64,000 nt of DNA from Azolla caroliniana. Lineage: Eukaryota; Plantae; Polypodiophyta. Positions 50,971 to 64,000 of this stretch are shown here, one piece after another (position 1 is the first letter of the stretch; every line of letters begins with the position of its first letter). Made by a program: the position numbers and the translations under genes. Location of the stretch: NCBI GenBank assembly GCA_043228905.1, contig JBHGNT010000021.1, positions 9,486,001 to 9,550,000 on the forward strand, given 5' to 3'. The notes beneath the pieces are model-generated. The model was given only the letters and a program-made list of their open reading frames with translations, searched no databases and was not told the DNA's origin.

Positions 50971-52082
50971 CTTTTGGCGAAAACATACAATTATATTAAT
51001 AAGTGTGCGTGAAAAACACTACTTACAATGGGTGTTACAATTGAGTACGGTCACCCACTAACTACACTACACTACATGGGTAGTGGAACATGTTGAATAT
51101 TCATATGGCAAGACGAACACTCTACAGAGGAAAGAATTTCCACTTGCTCCAATAAAGAAAATTACCACATTAGTACTCCATTCAACTTTCGTAGATATGC
51201 TTTCACTCCATTCAACTTTATCTAAGAATGCACTTCGATGTTCCGGTGAACGAAATACTACATCATAGAACCCTCGTGGTCCTGCATATATATTTTCAAC
51301 ACAATTTGGTCACACGATTGTGTTCAACCATTGTTTTATCCAATTAACGTATGGGTGTTTCCCGGTAAAAAATAATATAACCACACAATCATAGAATATA
51401 TCAAAAGATTGAAACACTGCCTTAGCATCAACTTCCACATCATGCACATCCTCATCGATGCATTCTTTTCTTGTATTTTCATTTTCTTCCATAATGTCAG
51501 ACAACAAGGTATTGACAATTCCCCATAAATTATCCCAATTACAATGATCCTTGTCAACCTCATCTACATATATTACTTCGGCATATGTCAATTTTTTCGC
51601 ATTAATTTCCTCAATACCCTTAAACCTCTTAGAGCTTCCAATGTCTTCCCTTTCACGATTACATGCAACCATCACACTACTCTTTTTTGGATCAATTGTT
51701 TCCATTGTCTCTCACAATTTGTGAGGAATTCATGTTTATATCTATTATTCTTAATGTAATATTGATCTGGGTTTTTTTTTTCCATGAACAAGAGAGAAAA
51801 CTGGAACTCACCCGATTGAAGAGGTCGAAGATGATGAAGACAATAGAAGACCCACGCAGTGTGTTATGTGGATGATGACAACACAAAATTCCTTATTTCT
51901 ATTGCTGCTTCTCGTACAAAACACCAAATTTAACTTGCTATATCTAGTTACGAAGCTTTAGCCGAGGGCTTTCCAATGCTTGTCTTTGCACCAAATTCCA
52001 TTATCAGTAGAGAGCACAACAACAAAAACAAAATCACTTCTTCTTCTTCCCCTCTCTCCTCTTGGTTTTTTTTCTTCCTTCC

Positions 52083-52090
<8 letters not shown>
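50971..52090 (-). mobile_element. Internally deleted L1: 5' UTR and ORF1 N-terminus joined to the 3' end
   Basis: ORF 51310-51705 continues past a stop (VILFFTGKHP..NWIKQW..GPRGFYDVVFRSPEHR, DUF4283-like). 50971-51215 matches the L1 3' end at 52130-53100. Repeated CCATTCAACTTT at the junction. Confidence 0.65.
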
Positions 52091-52129
<39 letters not shown>

Positions 52130-52197
52130 CTTTTGGTGAAAACACACAATTATATTAATAAATCTGTGTAAAAAACACTACTTACAATGGGTGTGAC

Positions 52198-52923
52198 CAT
52201 AGATTGATACATGCGTGATATTCTTCATATTCTCCATGCGTGATATTCTCAATATTCAAGAATACAAAATGGCCCTAAGAATATTTAAAAACCATTCGTT
52301 TTATAAAATAAATATACAAAAAATTAATTAATTAATTAATTTAAAAATAAATAAATTTAATTCACTAAAAAAAAGAAAAATTATTCATTAATAAATTATA
52401 AAAATATGATTAGTGTAAACTCTCCTTTCTAGTGTCAAATAAAAAAAGAGGAGAGTTTATGAACCTTTATTTTATTTAAATAATTGACTTTTTTATTAAA
52501 AAAAAACGAATATTTTTATATTTGCTATGAAAACATGATTAATGTGAAGTCTCAATTTTAATGTCAGGTAAAAATATCCATAAATTTTGGGAAAAGAAAA
52601 GGTGAAGAATTAATGAACCTTTATTTTATTTTATTTATTTATTAAAAATAAAACGAAAATTTATTTTATTTTATTTTATTTCTTTAGTAAAGAATCAAGA
52701 TCTCCAATGAAAATTTATTACTGTCAAGTCTCTCTCAACTCTCTATTTTATTATCCCCTTTTTATTGTCAAGTCCCCCTTTTTTTCCTAAGAAACTAAAT
52801 GGAGGGAGTTCATCTCCTTTTTTTTCCTTTTAAAAAAAAAACGAATACTGGACCACACGAATGTATGCGTATTCGTTTGCATTCGAATGGAAAATCCCAC
52901 GAATGCGAATATGTCAATCTATG
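52198..52923. mobile_element. hAT-type MITE with 8-bp TSD
   Basis: TIR CATAGATTGA / TCAATCTATG; TSD GGTGTGAC at 52190-52197 and 52924-52931; AT-rich interior. Confidence 0.92.
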
Positions 52924-54288
52924 GGTGTGACAATGGAGTATGGTCACCCACTCACGACACTACATGGGGAGTGGAACATGTTGAATTGCCAATAGCCAAA
53001 ACAAACACTGCACCGAGGAAAGAATTTCCACTTGCTCCAATAAAGAAAATTGCCACATTAGCATTACCTTCAACTTTCGTAGATATGCTTTCACTCCATG
53101 CCTACCACTAAATACAAAAGTGTTGCGCATATTCCAATTATGACGCAATCCCCAATATCACAGAAATATAAAAACGAGCTCCACCTCTGATTTTGGGTCA
53201 ACCTGTGTAAATTGTGTAAACACCCATTGTCTAGGTGTCAAATAACACCGTGAAAAGACTTGTCAAATTTGAGAAATGTAACTCCAAATTTGACAAGCAA
53301 TCGGACATTGTATAAATCGATGATTACTATCCTCCATTTGAACATTGCAAAAAAAGCAATTACCTAATGCTAGTCCACGACACTTTAGAGCTAATCCCAA
53401 AGGCAATCCTCCAATCAAAACTCTCCAAATAAAGACCATTGCTACAACTGGCAATTTAGAATGCCAACTACGTTGTAAGATCTGCCACCACCCATTATCA
53501 GATTTGTGTATTCTCCATTCTTCTTCAGCCTTAGATGATAGCCATCCAAGAGACTAAATGGATCAATGGTATAAAAGATTAGTAGTCACTTGTGAAAACG
53601 GTGTCTGACCCTGTAAACACCAATCATCCCATGGTTGTTCCCATGTTTGAAGAGGTAAAGGACCTTGCATCAATGCAATATTATGTAGTTGTTGCCAAAT
53701 AAACCCATAATTAGGCGGGATGCGTAATAATTGTTGCGCTTCAACAAACTCCAAAATTCTTTGAGATGAAGCCTCAACTATATCTCCCACCTATTTGACC
53801 CCCAAACAAAACAAATGATTAAATTCAGAGGCAAAATCTCCTTACCTGACCAACATAATACCCAAGAAGACACAAGTAACTCTTCTTGTAAAGAATTACA
53901 ATGCTCTCTTCTAGATAATGGTCTCCATTCACATAACAAGAGTGCTTCTTGCCAAGAGATAACCTAATATTGAGCACATGAAGAGCTCAGAATCTTAAGA
54001 GAAATACATCCATTCAATAATTGCCACCATGAAACCTTAATCGTTGTCCTCCCATGTGTCAAACCCTTGTTCTCAATTAAATATTGAACAATAGATATCC
54101 ATGGTTGTGAGTCTAAACACATGTCTTGTAGTAATGAAATTCTATGAGCTATCATATGGATAGATAAGTCCAAGAAATTCTATGAGCTATCATATGGATA
54201 GATAAGTCCAATATTCCAACCCCCCCCCCCAAGCGCTTAGGGGTTGGTAGATGATTCCATGAAATCCATGTGATTCCCATCTTATCCA

Positions 54289-54709
54289 TCTTAAGCTCAA
54301 CTTAGTTTAGTTAGTCAACCATGTAACTTAGTAGTTACCTAGATAGAATCTAGTTAGAAGTGTTGACTATAATGCCTTAAATAGGACCTTGTACTTAAGT
54401 AGGATATTCTAGATCCTCCACTCCCAGGTACATTTAATATAGGACTTACACCCTTGTACCTATATTCTCCTCACACATGTGCACCCTTGCACATGAGATC
54501 TATATATACCTCATTGTGGGTATTTTTGTATTTGATGATGCTAATTTAATATAGAGTTAATCATCCCCCATCTTGTGTTGTTCATAAGTGTAACTTCCTC
54601 TCTCTCTTCCTCTCACACACATACACACACATATCACTTAATCTTCCGCTTAGCATAATCACATAATTAGGTACTAATTAACCCGTAGTTAATTACCTAA
54701 TTCTTAACA
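54289..54709. mobile_element. Solo-LTR-like insertion in the L1
   Basis: Non-coding block with CTATATATA and a ...TTCTTAACA end that splits the L1 frame WTKK/KMGITWISW; TSD not clear. Confidence 0.5.
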
Positions 54710-57539
54710 CCTTTTTTGTCCATGGAAAATATGGCAAGTAATATAATATCATGGGTTCCATAATACATTGTACAACCTTCAAGCATATATATGAAATGGC
54801 CAAGATTGTGACGTCCAGTACATGAACTTATCCCTCAACTTACTAGACATCCATTCAATCAATTGACCATTTTTAACATTCATTCCTAATGAATAGCCCA
54901 AGTGTCGAAAAATAGAGCCTTTCTTCACCATGGATCCTTGCCATCCTAAACATTCCAAATCCCATTCAGTACATGATATGAGACTACAATTCCTCCAATT
55001 AATATGTGATCCGGAAGCCAATGCAAATTGGTTCCATACAAGCATCCCCTTCTCTAGATTCTCTCGTGAGGCTTGTTGAAACATGAACGAATCATTAGCC
55101 AAAGCTTGTGCTACTAGTTGCCCTCCAGACGGAATGTGTATACCCACAATGTCACCATTTGTTGCAAGCCTTGATAGCATCACTAACAAGGGATGAGTAA
55201 CAATAGCAAATAAAAATGGGCTAAGAGGGCATCCTTGACGAACGGATCTTGTGAGGGCAATATCTGATGTAACTCCCCTATTAACCATAATTTACTCGAG
55301 ACATCGCATCTTGTCCTAATAAAAATATGAGGCGAGACATACGAGGTCCAAAGCCCATTGTATGAATTAACCCAGAAACAAAGGACCAATCAACATGATC
55401 ATAAGCTTTCTCCAAATCTAATTGCACCATAATCAATTCTTAATCAGTGTATCGAGCATAATCCATAGTCATTTGAACATTCAACACATTATACAATATA
55501 TTCCTACCTACAATAAAACCATATTGGGCGGGATGTATCAACTTTGGCAAATACTTTTGTAATCTATTTGCCAAGACCTTTGTGAATATCTTATACAATC
55601 CCCCCATCAAAGAAATAGGTCTTCATTGATGAATGACTCAGGAGATGCCACGTTCAGAACTAATTTGATTAGACCCAACTTCCAAGCTTGAGGCATATAA
55701 CAAGAATCCCAACAATGTTGAAACATCAAAGTAAAGGGGCCCGTTTAAAATGTTTGAATATTGCTTAAAAACTTCATTTGTCCAGCCATCCCAACCAGGG
55801 CTCTTACCACTAGGAAGATGCCTTAAAACCTATGTCCACATCATCTTCAAAGAAATCCTCATCTAATTCATGACAAATGAGGTCGTGCACAATACATCCA
55901 ACCACATCGTAAAACTCATGGCGTGCTTGAGTCACCTCATTTCGCATTAACAATTGTTGGCCAATCAACTCCTTAAAGTAATGAACATATATTTCAATTA
56001 TTGTAGAAGGATCCACTATAAATTCATCCCTTTGCTTCACACGTACCACATGAGATCGAGCATAAGTAGGATGTAACGTGTGGAAAAACAAATGAGATTG
56101 ACATTTGATCTATAAGCCCCTCCTTGAGTTATCTCATCTTAGCAGAACGATAGCTTTTGCATTGCAATTGAGAATAATAACATGCAATTGACTTTGGATA
56201 TCCAAAAGCTCCTCTTCTAATGGTGCATGTATCAATAATGCAATACACCTAGAGAGAATTTGTAAGAATTGTCGAAGAAGACCTCTTCTTTGTTGAGCAT
56301 TAGTTACTCCATACATATGATGAATGATCTTGATGTTTCGTAACGTGATATCCCATGCTTTAACTCCTTTAAGATTCACTTGTTGTGAAAAATTCGGCAA
56401 AATTTGCTCCATGAGAGAATCAAAGTGAAATTGAAACAAAAGAGAAGAGTTAAAGCATAACGGAGGCTTTCCAAGTAAGGATTTATACATGTCAATTGCA
56501 TGATTACAAACCTCCAAACAAATAGAAAAGTGATCTGACGTTCCTACATCTTGTAAAACTTTCATACGAAGTGATGTCAGTAAAAAATAATAATTGTGCA
56601 TTACATACATTCTATCTAACCGACTCCATGTTTATCTATGATGAGTGGATTGGAAAGTAAAACCTTGATCATTCCCATGCAACCATGTCCAAAATTCCAA
56701 CTTCAGAACCTCCATAGCCTATGAATCCCAAGCAAGTTGCTCAGGATCATCCATGATTGAATGTTCAGACGTAGATTGAGATGCATCAACACACATGATA
56801 AAATCACCCATAAGTAATCGTGAGCGGACCCCGCATAGGATTTCAATGAGTGAGCCCCATAATGCAATACATTGTGTGGCTTGATTAGGGGCACAAATCC
56901 CAACCAACCACACGACTTGGCCAAGAATACTGATTTTTATAACCAAAACTGACCATAAGGATCATTATACACCATTTGAGGATAATATTTATCTGGCACG
57001 ATTAATACCACAACTGAATAACGATGATTAAGATGTCCTGCATAGAATGATGAATATCCACTCAAACGAATTGTGGATCCTACTAAGTCATGACACTTAT
57101 GATCAACTGCACATAATATATCCCATTCTCTACTTAACAAAGTTTCCCATAATATATACTTCTTATGAGGAGAACATGCCCCTCTCACATTCCATGTTAC
57201 TACTTCCATTCAATTAACAATGTTATGGGTGCACTTGCTCCTTCAGAGCAACCGATGTCATGAAACTAGTCAAAGCATGTTCCAATGCTGCATATGGGTT
57301 GTCATGCACCACATCCTTAGGGCCATCTATCGAAATCTTTTGTTTGGGTCCTCTTGCTTGACGAAAACCTTGAGAATTCGATGAATTTACAACCCGTCCC
57401 AATGAATCAAATTGAAGTTGAAGGGGTAATCCCTTATCCCTAAATTGTCGTTGCTAAGGAAGTTTTCCCCATTTGACTTATCAACTCTAGAAAAAGTGGC
57501 CATAAAAAGCATGCATACAATCCACTGTTACCCACCTTC

Positions 57540-59046
57540 CAAATTTGAGGAATACAATTAAAATCCCAACAATGTTGAAACATCAAAGTAAAGGGCCCCT
57601 TTAAAATGTTCGAATATCGTTTAAAAACTTCATTTGTCTAGCCATCCCAAGTAGGAATCTTACCATTAAGAAGATGCCTTAAAACCATGTCCGCCTGATG
57701 TTGAGTGAAATCCGCATCTAATTTGTGATGAATGAGGTCGTGCACAATACATCCAACCATATCGTACAACTCATGGCGTGCTTGAGTCACCTCATTTGGC
57801 ATTAACAATTGTGGGCCAATCAACTCTTTAAAGTAATGAACACATATTTCAATTATTGTAGAAAGATTCACTACAAATTCATCCCCTTGCTTCACATGTA
57901 GCACATTAGATCGAGCATAAGTAGGATGTAACGCGTGGAACAACAAATGAGATTGACATTGATTATCTTAGCATAATGATAGCTTTAGCATTGCAATTGA
58001 GAATAATGACATGCAATTGACTTTGGATATTCAAAGGCTCCTCATCTAATGGTGCGTGTATCAATAATGCATTACACCTAGAGAGAACTTGTGAGAATTG
58101 TCGAAGAAGACTTCGTCTTCATTGGGCATTAGTAACCCCATACATACGATGAATGTTCTTAATGATATCCCATGTTTTAACTCCTTTAAGATTCACTTGT
58201 TGTGAAAAATTCGCCAAAATTTGCTTCATGAGAGAATCAAAGTGAGGTTGAACCAAAATAGAAGAGTTAAAGTGTAATGGAGGCTTTCCAAGTAAGGATT
58301 TATACATGTCAATTGCATGACTACAAACCTCCAAACAAATAGGAAAGTGAACTGAAGTTCCGACATCTTCTAGAACTGTCATACGAAGAGTTGTTGGTAA
58401 AAAAAAATCATCATGCCCTTCCACATACATTCTATCTAACCGACTCCACATCTGTCTATGTTGAGTGGATTGGAATGTAAAACTTGGATCATTCCCATGC
58501 AGCCATGTCCAAACATCCAACTTCAGAACATCCATATCCAATGGAACCCAAACATCTTGCTCTAGATCATTCATGATTGAATGTTCAAACATTCAATTAG
58601 TGATAATGCATCTTGCCATGATTTTACCAAATGTTGTCCTCATACAAAATGTCAAATCTTAAGAGGAATACTTCCATTGAGTAATGACCACCAGGATGCT
58701 TGTATCTTTGTTTTCCGGTGCAACAATCCTTCATGCTCAATAAAATATTGCATCATAGATATCCATGGTTGATCTTATTGACATATATATCGTAATAATG
58801 CAAAGCTACGAGCCATCAAAGGCCTTTCCAATCCAATATTGCTACACCACCTAACCTTTTAGGAGTAGTCAAATAGTCCCATGAAATCCATGTAACTCCC
58901 ATCATTTCTCCCTTTTGCCACAATGTGAACCGAATAGGTTGTAACATGTTTTGTAATGCCTTCTTAGTCCAACGTAGTAAAGGCCAAAAATAGGTTGCTT
59001 CTTTTGCATTATTCAAATGGAAGATAATACTCATCGTTTTATTCAA
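57540..59046 (-). mobile_element. Second, rearranged copy of the same L1 family
   Basis: 57540-58580 parallels 55680-56770 (LGKPPL.FNSS, FHALHPTYARS); 58700-59046 jumps to the WISWDYLTTPKRLGG region. Confidence 0.8.
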
Positions 59047-59470
59047 TGTCTGATTGCTTGCCAGATTTGGAGTTACATTTCACAAATTTGGCAAGTTTTA
59101 TCGTGACGGTGTTATTTGATGCCTAAACAGTGGGTGTTTGCACAATTTACACAAGTTGACCCAAAATCAAAGATGGAGATCATTTTCCTATTTTTGAGAT
59201 ATTGGGGATTGCATCATAATTGGGTTATGTAGAATGCTTTTATATTTGGCGGTAGGCATGCAGTGAAAGCATATCTACGAAAGTTGAAGGGAGTACTAAT
59301 GTAGAAATTTCTCAGTGGAGTGTTCGTCTTGCTTATTGGCAATTCAACATGTTCCACTACCCATGTAGTGTAGTGTAGTTAGTGGGTGATCGTACTCAAT
59401 TGTTTCTCCCATTGTAAGTAGTGTTTTTCACATACACTTATTAATATAAGTGTGTGTTTTCACCAAAAGA
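59047..59470 (+). mobile_element. L1 3' end in inverted orientation
   Basis: Reverse complement of 52930-53310 and of 50971-51210. Confidence 0.8.
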
Positions 59471-59564
59471 GATAGATAGATAGATAGATTATATTATCGT
59501 CTTCGGAGGTCAAATATGACCTATGAGACCAAAAATATTACATTTCACGTCATATGTGTGAAAG

Positions 59565-59622
<58 letters not shown>

Positions 59623-62600
59623 CAGACAGATAGATAGATAGATTATAGATAGATTATATTATCGTCTTCGGAGGTCAAATATGACTTATGAGACCAAAAA
59701 TATTACATTTCATGTGATACGTGTGAAAGTGAGTAGTGACTCTCGATGTTCAAGAACTTTACCAATGAATGTTGCAATCGAGAGTGCACATTGTGGTTGT
59801 GAGAGGAATTCATGCAAAGATTGGGCTCGATCGAATAGATGTGGAAAGCATGGTCGAATATGATCAAAGGCAGAGCATTGTATCAAAGTGTGATACTCAG
59901 ACTCGCGAACTTGTTTAGGGCAAAGTGTGCATAGCCAACCACTCTCATCACTTGTACCCCAATGCCCTGTTTCACATCGCAATGCATGTGAGCTAAGTCG
60001 CATGGAAGCAATGGTTCGAATGGCAGATAATGGTATGGGCTCTAACATGTATGGATGTGTACGATTTCCCCGTTCCGCAAAGAATATAGTTTTGTAGTTA
60101 GGTGCAACATGTGTAGTATAATGTGGTAAGCGTGAGCCTCCACATTTGTCCCATGTCATGATACATTGGCGTTGCAAAAATGCCTCATTTACAGAGGAAT
60201 CTAATGATGCATCATGAAGCAAGTGTCTCGCATCCCATCTACGAAACCATTTTTCTATATCTTGCATCCAACCGGAACACAAAATTTTGCTTTTATGCGT
60301 ATTTTGGATCTTTTTGCTTGCTTCCCACACAATTCTAGGAAGTCGATGTGAGGGACTTTTTTGAACCTTAAGCATGTATTCAACAACCCTTTCCATGGCC
60401 ATGATCTCAATGGGAAGCGATCCCATCTCAAGGAGGAGGAGGGTGTAGGGCGTTTGTTTCTTAACTTGTAGAAACTTTGTAAGAAAATGCTTTTGGACAT
60501 TTTCAAACTCTTTCCACATAGATTTAGGGATGCTACCTCCCCATACTTCCACCCCATAGAGAGAACCGGTGTCACCAAAGTGTCGAAAAGATATTTCTTG
60601 AGGACCCAACACTTAATATCTCCAAGATTGCATGTGTTCTCAAATGCATAGTATGCTCGCTTGCCCGCCTCTAAGCGGCGTGTAGCACATTCATTCCATC
60701 TATGATTTGAAGGAACCTTAAGGCCAAGATATTTGAAGCTTTCCACACATTCAAGTGGCTCATTGTTGTACATAATGCATGGTTTATCTCTTTTTTGGCT
60801 CTTCACAAGCATAATCTTTGTTTTAGAGCTATTGACACTTAATTTAGTATGCATGCAATTTTTTTCCAATGCCTTCATAAGCTTTTGTGCATCTCCTAAA
60901 GTATTTGCAAAAAGCACTACATCATGTACATATAGCAAAAGCATAATCACAACATCCCCAATGGCAACTTCTTCAACACATTCTTCCTTTGCAAACTTGG
61001 TAACCATTTCTTCCAATTCATCAATGCATAGAACAAATAGTGTTGGTGAGAGTGGGCATCCTTGCTTAACACCAATAGTGCTTTTGAAAAAATCTGAAAG
61101 TTTATCTCTCATGCACACACAACATATCACCTTCTCATAAATTCGGGAAATTGCAAGCATATATTCACCTGGCACCTCAAGTTCTTCCATTTGCCTCTAA
61201 AGATGCTCACGAGGTACGATATCAAAAGCTTTCTTGAAAGTCTACAAAGCAACAATATAGACCTTTACCTCTAAGGCGACTTTCCTCCATTAATACTCGA
61301 AGGGTGATAAGGTGATCAATGGTGCTATGGTGTTTCCGAAAGCCAGCTTGTCCATAAGCTCTCTTACCACTTTTTTCAGCCCATACACTTATCTTTGATT
61401 CCATTATACATCCAAATAGTTTTGCTATTAATGAGCCAACCATGATTGTTCGATAGTTGTTTACATTATTGATATCTTCACCTTTATGTAAAGGTTTGAT
61501 CCAATTTGTAGTCCAATCGTACGGCTTACCATGTTGCAATGCATCATTAAACATATCGATTATCCATATATGTGCTTCCTTTCCCGTCCATTTGAGCATT
61601 TCAGCCTTTATACATTGAAGATCGCTTGCCTTTCGAGAGGCCAATTTCTTAAGTCCTATGCATATATCTTCAATTGTAAAGAAGGGAGGCATATGTGAAA
61701 GAGAACCATAACACATCATCTTTCTAGCAAGAGATAACTCATATAAATTCTTACAATGCATAGACAAGTCGTGAAGAGTTAAGTCACCATAACTCTCAAC
61801 ACGTTTCCCCTTTAGATTTCCCCAAAATTTAGCACATGCATGTGCTTTCTCTTGCGTTTGGATAAATTGTTGAGTAACTTCCCATATTCTTCTCTTTCTT
61901 TGAATAAGCCTTTTATACTCATGCAAATGCTTTTGGTAATTCTCTTTATCCTTCACTACATCCAAAACCATAAGGCACTTTCGAGCTTCACGACATTCTT
62001 TATCAAACCATTTTTTCCTAAGTTTCTTGGTGCACTTCCAAGATGTGCGGTTGGTCGAAAAACATTTGTTTGTACATGAGAGAATGACTTTCTTGAAAGC
62101 TTCGCATTTGCATGCTAGTGTGGCACCATATTGTATCTTTGTCATTTGTAATATATCCTCAACCATGTTGAAATACATGGGGAATCGCTTAAGGTTCATG
62201 CTCAAGTGTGGTTGTTTATTATCTTCAATAGCCTTCTCACAATCAAACCTATGCATACATTTGAGATCAATACATAAAGGCCTAGGATCGGATTCCGGTG
62301 TCCATTCGCCAATTGAGAATTTATGTATACGATCCAAAATACCTTTGGAAAGTAGCACATAGTCAATCACACTATTTCCGTTGTGTTTTCTACATGTAAA
62401 ACCATTAGTGTTGGGCCATAAGGAAATACCATTTGCAATAAGCAATCCGGTACTATTGCACATTTGTAGGAGTAACTTCCCAAATTGGTCCGGATCTTTT
62501 TAATCGCTAGAAGAGCGGTTATACATTTGCATATCCTCTTGCATCCTTGAGATATGTGGCATGAAAGATTCTTGTGAATCAAGTTGGAAACTTCTTGTAC

Positions 62601-62724
62601 GAGCATTCATGTCACCAAAGACAATAACTTCCCCTTTGGATTTGAAATAAGCAATATCATCTTCTAGATTGGCAAACGGTTGATCTTTATCCAAACAAGC
62701 ATAAAAGTTAGAATCTTGATGAGG
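59470..62724 (-). mobile_element. RTEX-like LINE family B copy (5'-truncated in the endonuclease) with a duplicated 3' tail (59470-59564)
   Basis: ORFs 62500-62694 (VFGDMNART), 61222-62463, 60255-61190 and 59710-60612; inverted homolog of 47760-50970. Confidence 0.9.
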
Positions 62725-64000
62725 GAGAGAGAGAGAGAGAGAGAGATTATATTATCGTCTTTGTATGTCAAATATGACCTATGAGACCAAAAATATTACA
62801 TTTCAAGTGATATGTGTGAATGCGAGCAACGACTCTCGATGTTCAAGAACTTTACCAATGAATATTGCAATCAAGAGTGCACATTGTGGTTGTGAGAGAA
62901 ATTTGTACAAGGATTGGGCTCGGTCGAAGATATGTGGAAAGCATGGTCGAATATGAGCAAAAGTAGAGCATTGTATCAAAGTGTGATACTCAGACTCGCG
63001 AACTTGTTCACGACAAAGTGTGCAGAGCCGACCACTCTCATCACTTGTGCTCCAACGCCCTGTCTCACATTGCAATGCATGTGAGCTAAGTCGCACGGAA
63101 GCAATGCTTTGAATGGCAGATAACGGGATGGGCTCTAACATGTATCGATGTGTACGGTTTCCCCGTTCTGCAAAGAATAAGGTTTTGTAGTTAGGTGCAA
63201 CATGTGTAGTATAATGTATGAAGTGTGAGCCTACACATTTGTCCCATGTCATGATACATTGGCGTTGCAAAAATACCTTATTTATACAGGAATCTAGTGA
63301 TGCATCATGAAGCAAGTGTCTCGCATCCCATCTACCAAAGCATTTTTCTATATCTTGCATCCAACCGGAACACACAATTTTTCTTTTATGAGTATTTTGG
63401 ATATTTTTGCTTGCCTCCCATGCAATTTTTGGAAGTCTATGTGAGGGGCTTTTTTGAACCTTAAGCATGTATTCAAGAACCTTTTCCATGGCCATCATCT
63501 CAATGGGAAATGATCCCGTCTCAAGGAGGAGAAGGGTGTAGGGCGTTTGTTTCTTAACTTGTAGAAACTTTGTAAGAAAATGCTTTTGGACATTTTCAAA
63601 CTCTTTCCACATAGATTTAGGGATGCTACCGTCCCATACTTCCACCCCATAGAGAAGAACCGGTGTCACCAAAGTGTCGAAAAGATATTTCTTGAGGACC
63701 CAACACTTAATATCTCCAAGATTGCATGTGTTCTCAAATGCATAGTATGCTCGCTTGCCCGCCTCTAAGCAGTGTGTAGCACATTCATTCCATATATGAT
63801 TTGAAGGAACCTTAAGGCCAAGATATTTGAAGTTTTCCACATATTCAAGTGGCTGATTTATGTACGTAATGCATTGTTTATCTCTTTTTTGGCTCTTCAC
63901 AAGAATAAACTTTGTTTTAGAGCTATTGACACTTAATTTAGTATGCATGCAATTTTTTTCCAATGCCTTCATAAGCTTTTGTGCATCTCCTAACTTAGTA
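62725..64000 (-). mobile_element. RTEX-like LINE family B copy (3' part; continues beyond window), head-to-tail with the previous copy
   Basis: ORF 62803-63972 (FKYLG, LLYGVEVW, RLSSHALQCETGRW, CTLC..ESEYHTLIQC); its (CT)n tail abuts the 5' end of the 59470-62724 copy. Confidence 0.9.

Larger units (their letters stand above)
52130..57540 (-). mobile_element. L1-clade LINE (ORF1 tail, ORF2 APE-RT-zf), decayed, with nested insertions
   Basis: MEVVTWNVRG (57209), SDHF, RSVRQGCPLSP, TPKRLGG, CFFCNVQMEDSNHRFIQC; 3' end at (CT)n 52090-52130. Confidence 0.85.

Noticed and set aside
54137-54212. 38-bp tandem duplication inside the L1 (similar ~54-bp one at 37397-37495)
   Set aside because: Ordinary local duplications in decayed sequence with no further structure.

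Overview
Eukaryotic, repeat-rich plant nuclear DNA. The TE families suggest a non-seed land plant (moss, fern or lycophyte), which is an inference. Only one intact host gene is present: a 13-exon HGSNAT-like (heparan-alpha-glucosaminide N-acetyltransferase family) membrane acetyltransferase at 39304-43559 (+), with one GC-AG intron. The rest is nested mobile DNA. 1-11 kb: a full-length decayed Ty1/copia with LTRs, PBS, PPT and TSD sits inside the LTR of a gag-only LTR element, which in turn interrupts a Ty3/gypsy pol remnant. 11-24 kb: a CCCGGGGGC-terminated TIR element carries three L1-clade LINEs. 24-31 kb: a chimeric copia, an hAT derivative with a palindromic GAAATTTC filler, a satellite-like array fused to three captured SAC/FIG4-phosphatase fragments, and a solo LTR. 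37.6 kb: a tRNA-type SINE. 44.5-64 kb: RTEX-like and L1 LINEs arranged head-to-tail or tail-to-tail at (CT)n/(GA)n microsatellites, with reiterated 3' stem-loop tails. All calls come from reading the sequence by eye; no database search was run, and TE boundaries without a TSD are approximate.
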